In this document: piece by piece, positions 62,285 through 64,000 of the stretch
How the letters are laid out: the number at the start of each line of letters is the position of its first letter
Position numbering within the stretch: the first letter of the stretch is position 1
Assembly (NCBI GenBank): GCA_963833985.1
Contig: CAWIAD010000002.1
Span: 4,288,001-4,352,000 of the forward strand
DNA from: an uncultured Planctomycetaceae bacterium
GTDB taxonomy: Bacteria; Planctomycetota; Planctomycetia; Isosphaerales; Isosphaeraceae
Direction of reading: 5' to 3'
Length of the DNA: 64,000 nt
Program-made: the position numbers and the translations under genes
The notes under the pieces: generated by a model
Seen by the model: only the letters and a program-made list of their open reading frames with translations
Databases searched by the model: none
What the model was told of the DNA's origin: nothing

Positions 62285-63094
62285 ATGGCGGCACGGCGAC
62301 AGGCAAGGGGGAAAGCGGGGGCGAACGATTCGCGGACCACGAGCGAAACGGCAGGCCGCGCTGGTCACGATCTGATGGAGCGAGGGGACATCTTCTTCTT
62401 TTACAGGCCGGCCGGGGAGAACGCTGCGCCGGGTGGGCTGCTGGAGGTGAATCGATTTCACATCGTGCTTCGACCGGAAGGGAGCGAGACGCTCCGGTAC
62501 ATCACCATTGGCAAGAAGAAGCTACCGGACGAGCAGGACGATCAGCGCAACTGGGGGTTCGTGGACGGCGTGTTCCACACGGCCGGAGCTCTGCGCGAAT
62601 GCTTGCTCAATCCTGACGATGCGGGCGTCCGGAGCGGGGCGGGCGCTGTGCCGGCAGGCGAGGGTGTTTACGAGCTGCTGCGGCAGGGTCGCAACACCGT
62701 TCTGGCGTACGCGCTGGCGCTACCCGACGAGCCGGGCGAGGTGCAGCGGACCTTCAACATCCGGCCGCACGACCGTTTGACCCTGGTCATGAAGAATCCA
62801 GAAGCCGGCTCCCCGGTGGGTGTGGGGCTCAACGAAGATCGCCGGGTGGAGTACCCGGAGGAGCTCCAGGCGCGGTTCGGCGGCCGCAAATGGGTGGGCG
62901 CGGACCCTCCCGAGTTCCTCGATCACGAGGGTGCGGAGCTCGTGCTCATCGCCGAGGACGACAGCGGCGCGGACCTGGGGATCGAGCTGGAAGTTCGCAG
63001 CGACGATCCGGCGTCGGCCAAGCTGTTCAAGGAATTGAAGCTGGAGCGGTCCGATCGTGCCGTCCGGCCGCTCTTCGAGGGCTCGTGGGCGTAG
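62285..63094 (+). CDS. Conserved hypothetical protein
   Basis: RBS GGAGG; ERGDIFFFYRP, WGFVD, AGEGVY, KNPE, FLDHEGAE, PLFEGSW. Confidence 0.75.
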   Translation: MAARRQARGKAGANDSRTTSETAGRAGHDLMERGDIFFFYRPAGENAAPGGLLEVNRFHIVLRPEGSETLRYITIGKKKLPDEQDDQRNWGFVDGVFHTAGALRECLLNPDDAGVRSGAGAVPAGEGVYELLRQGRNTVLAYALALPDEPGEVQRTFNIRPHDRLTLVMKNPEAGSPVGVGLNEDRRVEYPEELQARFGGRKWVGADPPEFLDHEGAELVLIAEDDSGADLGIELEVRSDDPASAKLFKELKLERSDRAVRPLFEGSWA

Positions 63095-63406
63095 CGCCCG
63101 GGTTGAAGGGTCGCGCGCTGCACAGGAGGTTCTTGACGTCCAGAGGAACGGGATCGCGGAATCGATCACTCGCCGTGGAATTCGGCCGCGAGACGACCGG
63201 TACCAGAGCCCGCGTCGCTGGCTGGCGGCAAGGGCATGATCGTCCATCCACGGTATATGTCAATCCCCACCACTCGATTCATTCGGCGGTTGTCGGATGG
63301 ACCGGAATCTGAGACGATGTCACGGGCGCGGGCCTACTTTTCCGGCGGTCCGCGCCCGATTTGCTGATTGGTTCGACACTGAGCACCAACCTTCGGAACC
63401 CTCATC

Positions 63407-64000
63407 ATGAACCGCCACTTCCAGCGCGTAGGTCTTGCCTGTCTTGGATGCTTACTGACATCAACCGCCCTCGCACTCGGCGCCGACCGGCCCGCCAGCG
63501 AAATCCTCAAGGACATCGATAGTGTCAAGACACCCGCGCTGGATCGCGCGAAGGTCCGCGATCGCGAATACGTGCAGAAGTATATCAAGGACCGGCAGGA
63601 AGCCGTCGACAAGCGCCGAGGTCTGATCCTCGAGCTCTACAAGGCCGACCCGGACAATGAGCGCATCGCCACGCTGATGGCTGAGCGCTGGGGAAACACG
63701 TCTCCGGCCGTCGATCAGATCGACAACCTGGTCAAGGAAATCGACGAGACCATCGCCCGTACGAAGAACGAGAAGCTGAAAATCGAAGGCTTGTTCATGA
63801 AAGCCCAGGCGACCCTGTTCAAGTTCCGCCAGCAGGGCGAAGGCAAGCTGGACACGTCGGCCATCGATGCGTTCGTGAAGCTGGCACCGAAGGACCCGCG
63901 CAGCGCCCAGATGCTGTACATGGCCGCGGCCACCATCGAGGACGCGAAGACGAAAACGGCGCTGGAAGATCAGATCCTCAAGAATTACCCGGACAGCCAG
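63407..64000 (+). CDS. Secreted helical protein, truncated at the window edge (possibly the N-terminus of a TlpA/redoxin-type protein)
   Basis: Signal peptide MNRHFQRVGLACLGCLLTSTALALG; open frame for 198 codons to the edge. Confidence 0.65.
   Translation, partial: MNRHFQRVGLACLGCLLTSTALALGADRPASEILKDIDSVKTPALDRAKVRDREYVQKYIKDRQEAVDKRRGLILELYKADPDNERIATLMAERWGNTSPAVDQIDNLVKEIDETIARTKNEKLKIEGLFMKAQATLFKFRQQGEGKLDTSAIDAFVKLAPKDPRSAQMLYMAAATIEDAKTKTALEDQILKNYPDSQ

Noticed and set aside
109..64000. Many long antisense or alternative-frame ORFs (e.g. 53224..55824, 42202..44610, 36463..38499)
   Set aside because: They are shadows of real genes in high-GC DNA and have no recognisable motifs.
1..64000. 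tRNA, rRNA, IS, integrase or phage genes
   Set aside because: None recognised by eye, including tRNA-Sec. A covariance-model scan would be needed to exclude small RNAs.

Overview
GC-rich bacterial DNA, most likely from an Isosphaeraceae-like planctomycete. This is inferred from the DUF1559 prepilins, the Minf_1886 family gene and the yicC-gmk-rpoZ-ftsK gene order. From left to right the window holds: dnaK-clpB (sigma54-type promoter) and pheA; an operon with two recoded selenoprotein genes that the ORF track misses (SelW/Rdx-like CxxU, and SelD with Sec17), each followed by a GUU-loop SECIS hairpin; an OPT transporter, adk and a histidine phosphatase; a small accessory islet (LolA-like anchored protein, 10-Cys secreted peptide, DUF1559 prepilin, Uma2); the housekeeping run aroF-tpiA-secG-yicC-gmk-rpoZ-ftsK; and a type II toxin-antitoxin pair. 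A ~23 kb type IV filament cluster follows (pilB-pilT-pilB-pilC plus seven oversized prepilin-like proteins of ~425 to ~2050 aa). It carries Ca-binding-like DxDxDG motifs, GTAG-REP elements at its gene junctions and 3x7-nt repeats in two leader peptides. The window ends with uxaA, a GT-C-like membrane protein, cvpA, an S4 protein, egtD, Trm112, PSP1/RicT, Minf_1886, a GH51 arabinofuranosidase and hypothetical genes. Ten genes, including essential ones, carry single-base frameshifts, which are most likely assembly errors. All calls are by eye; no searches were run.
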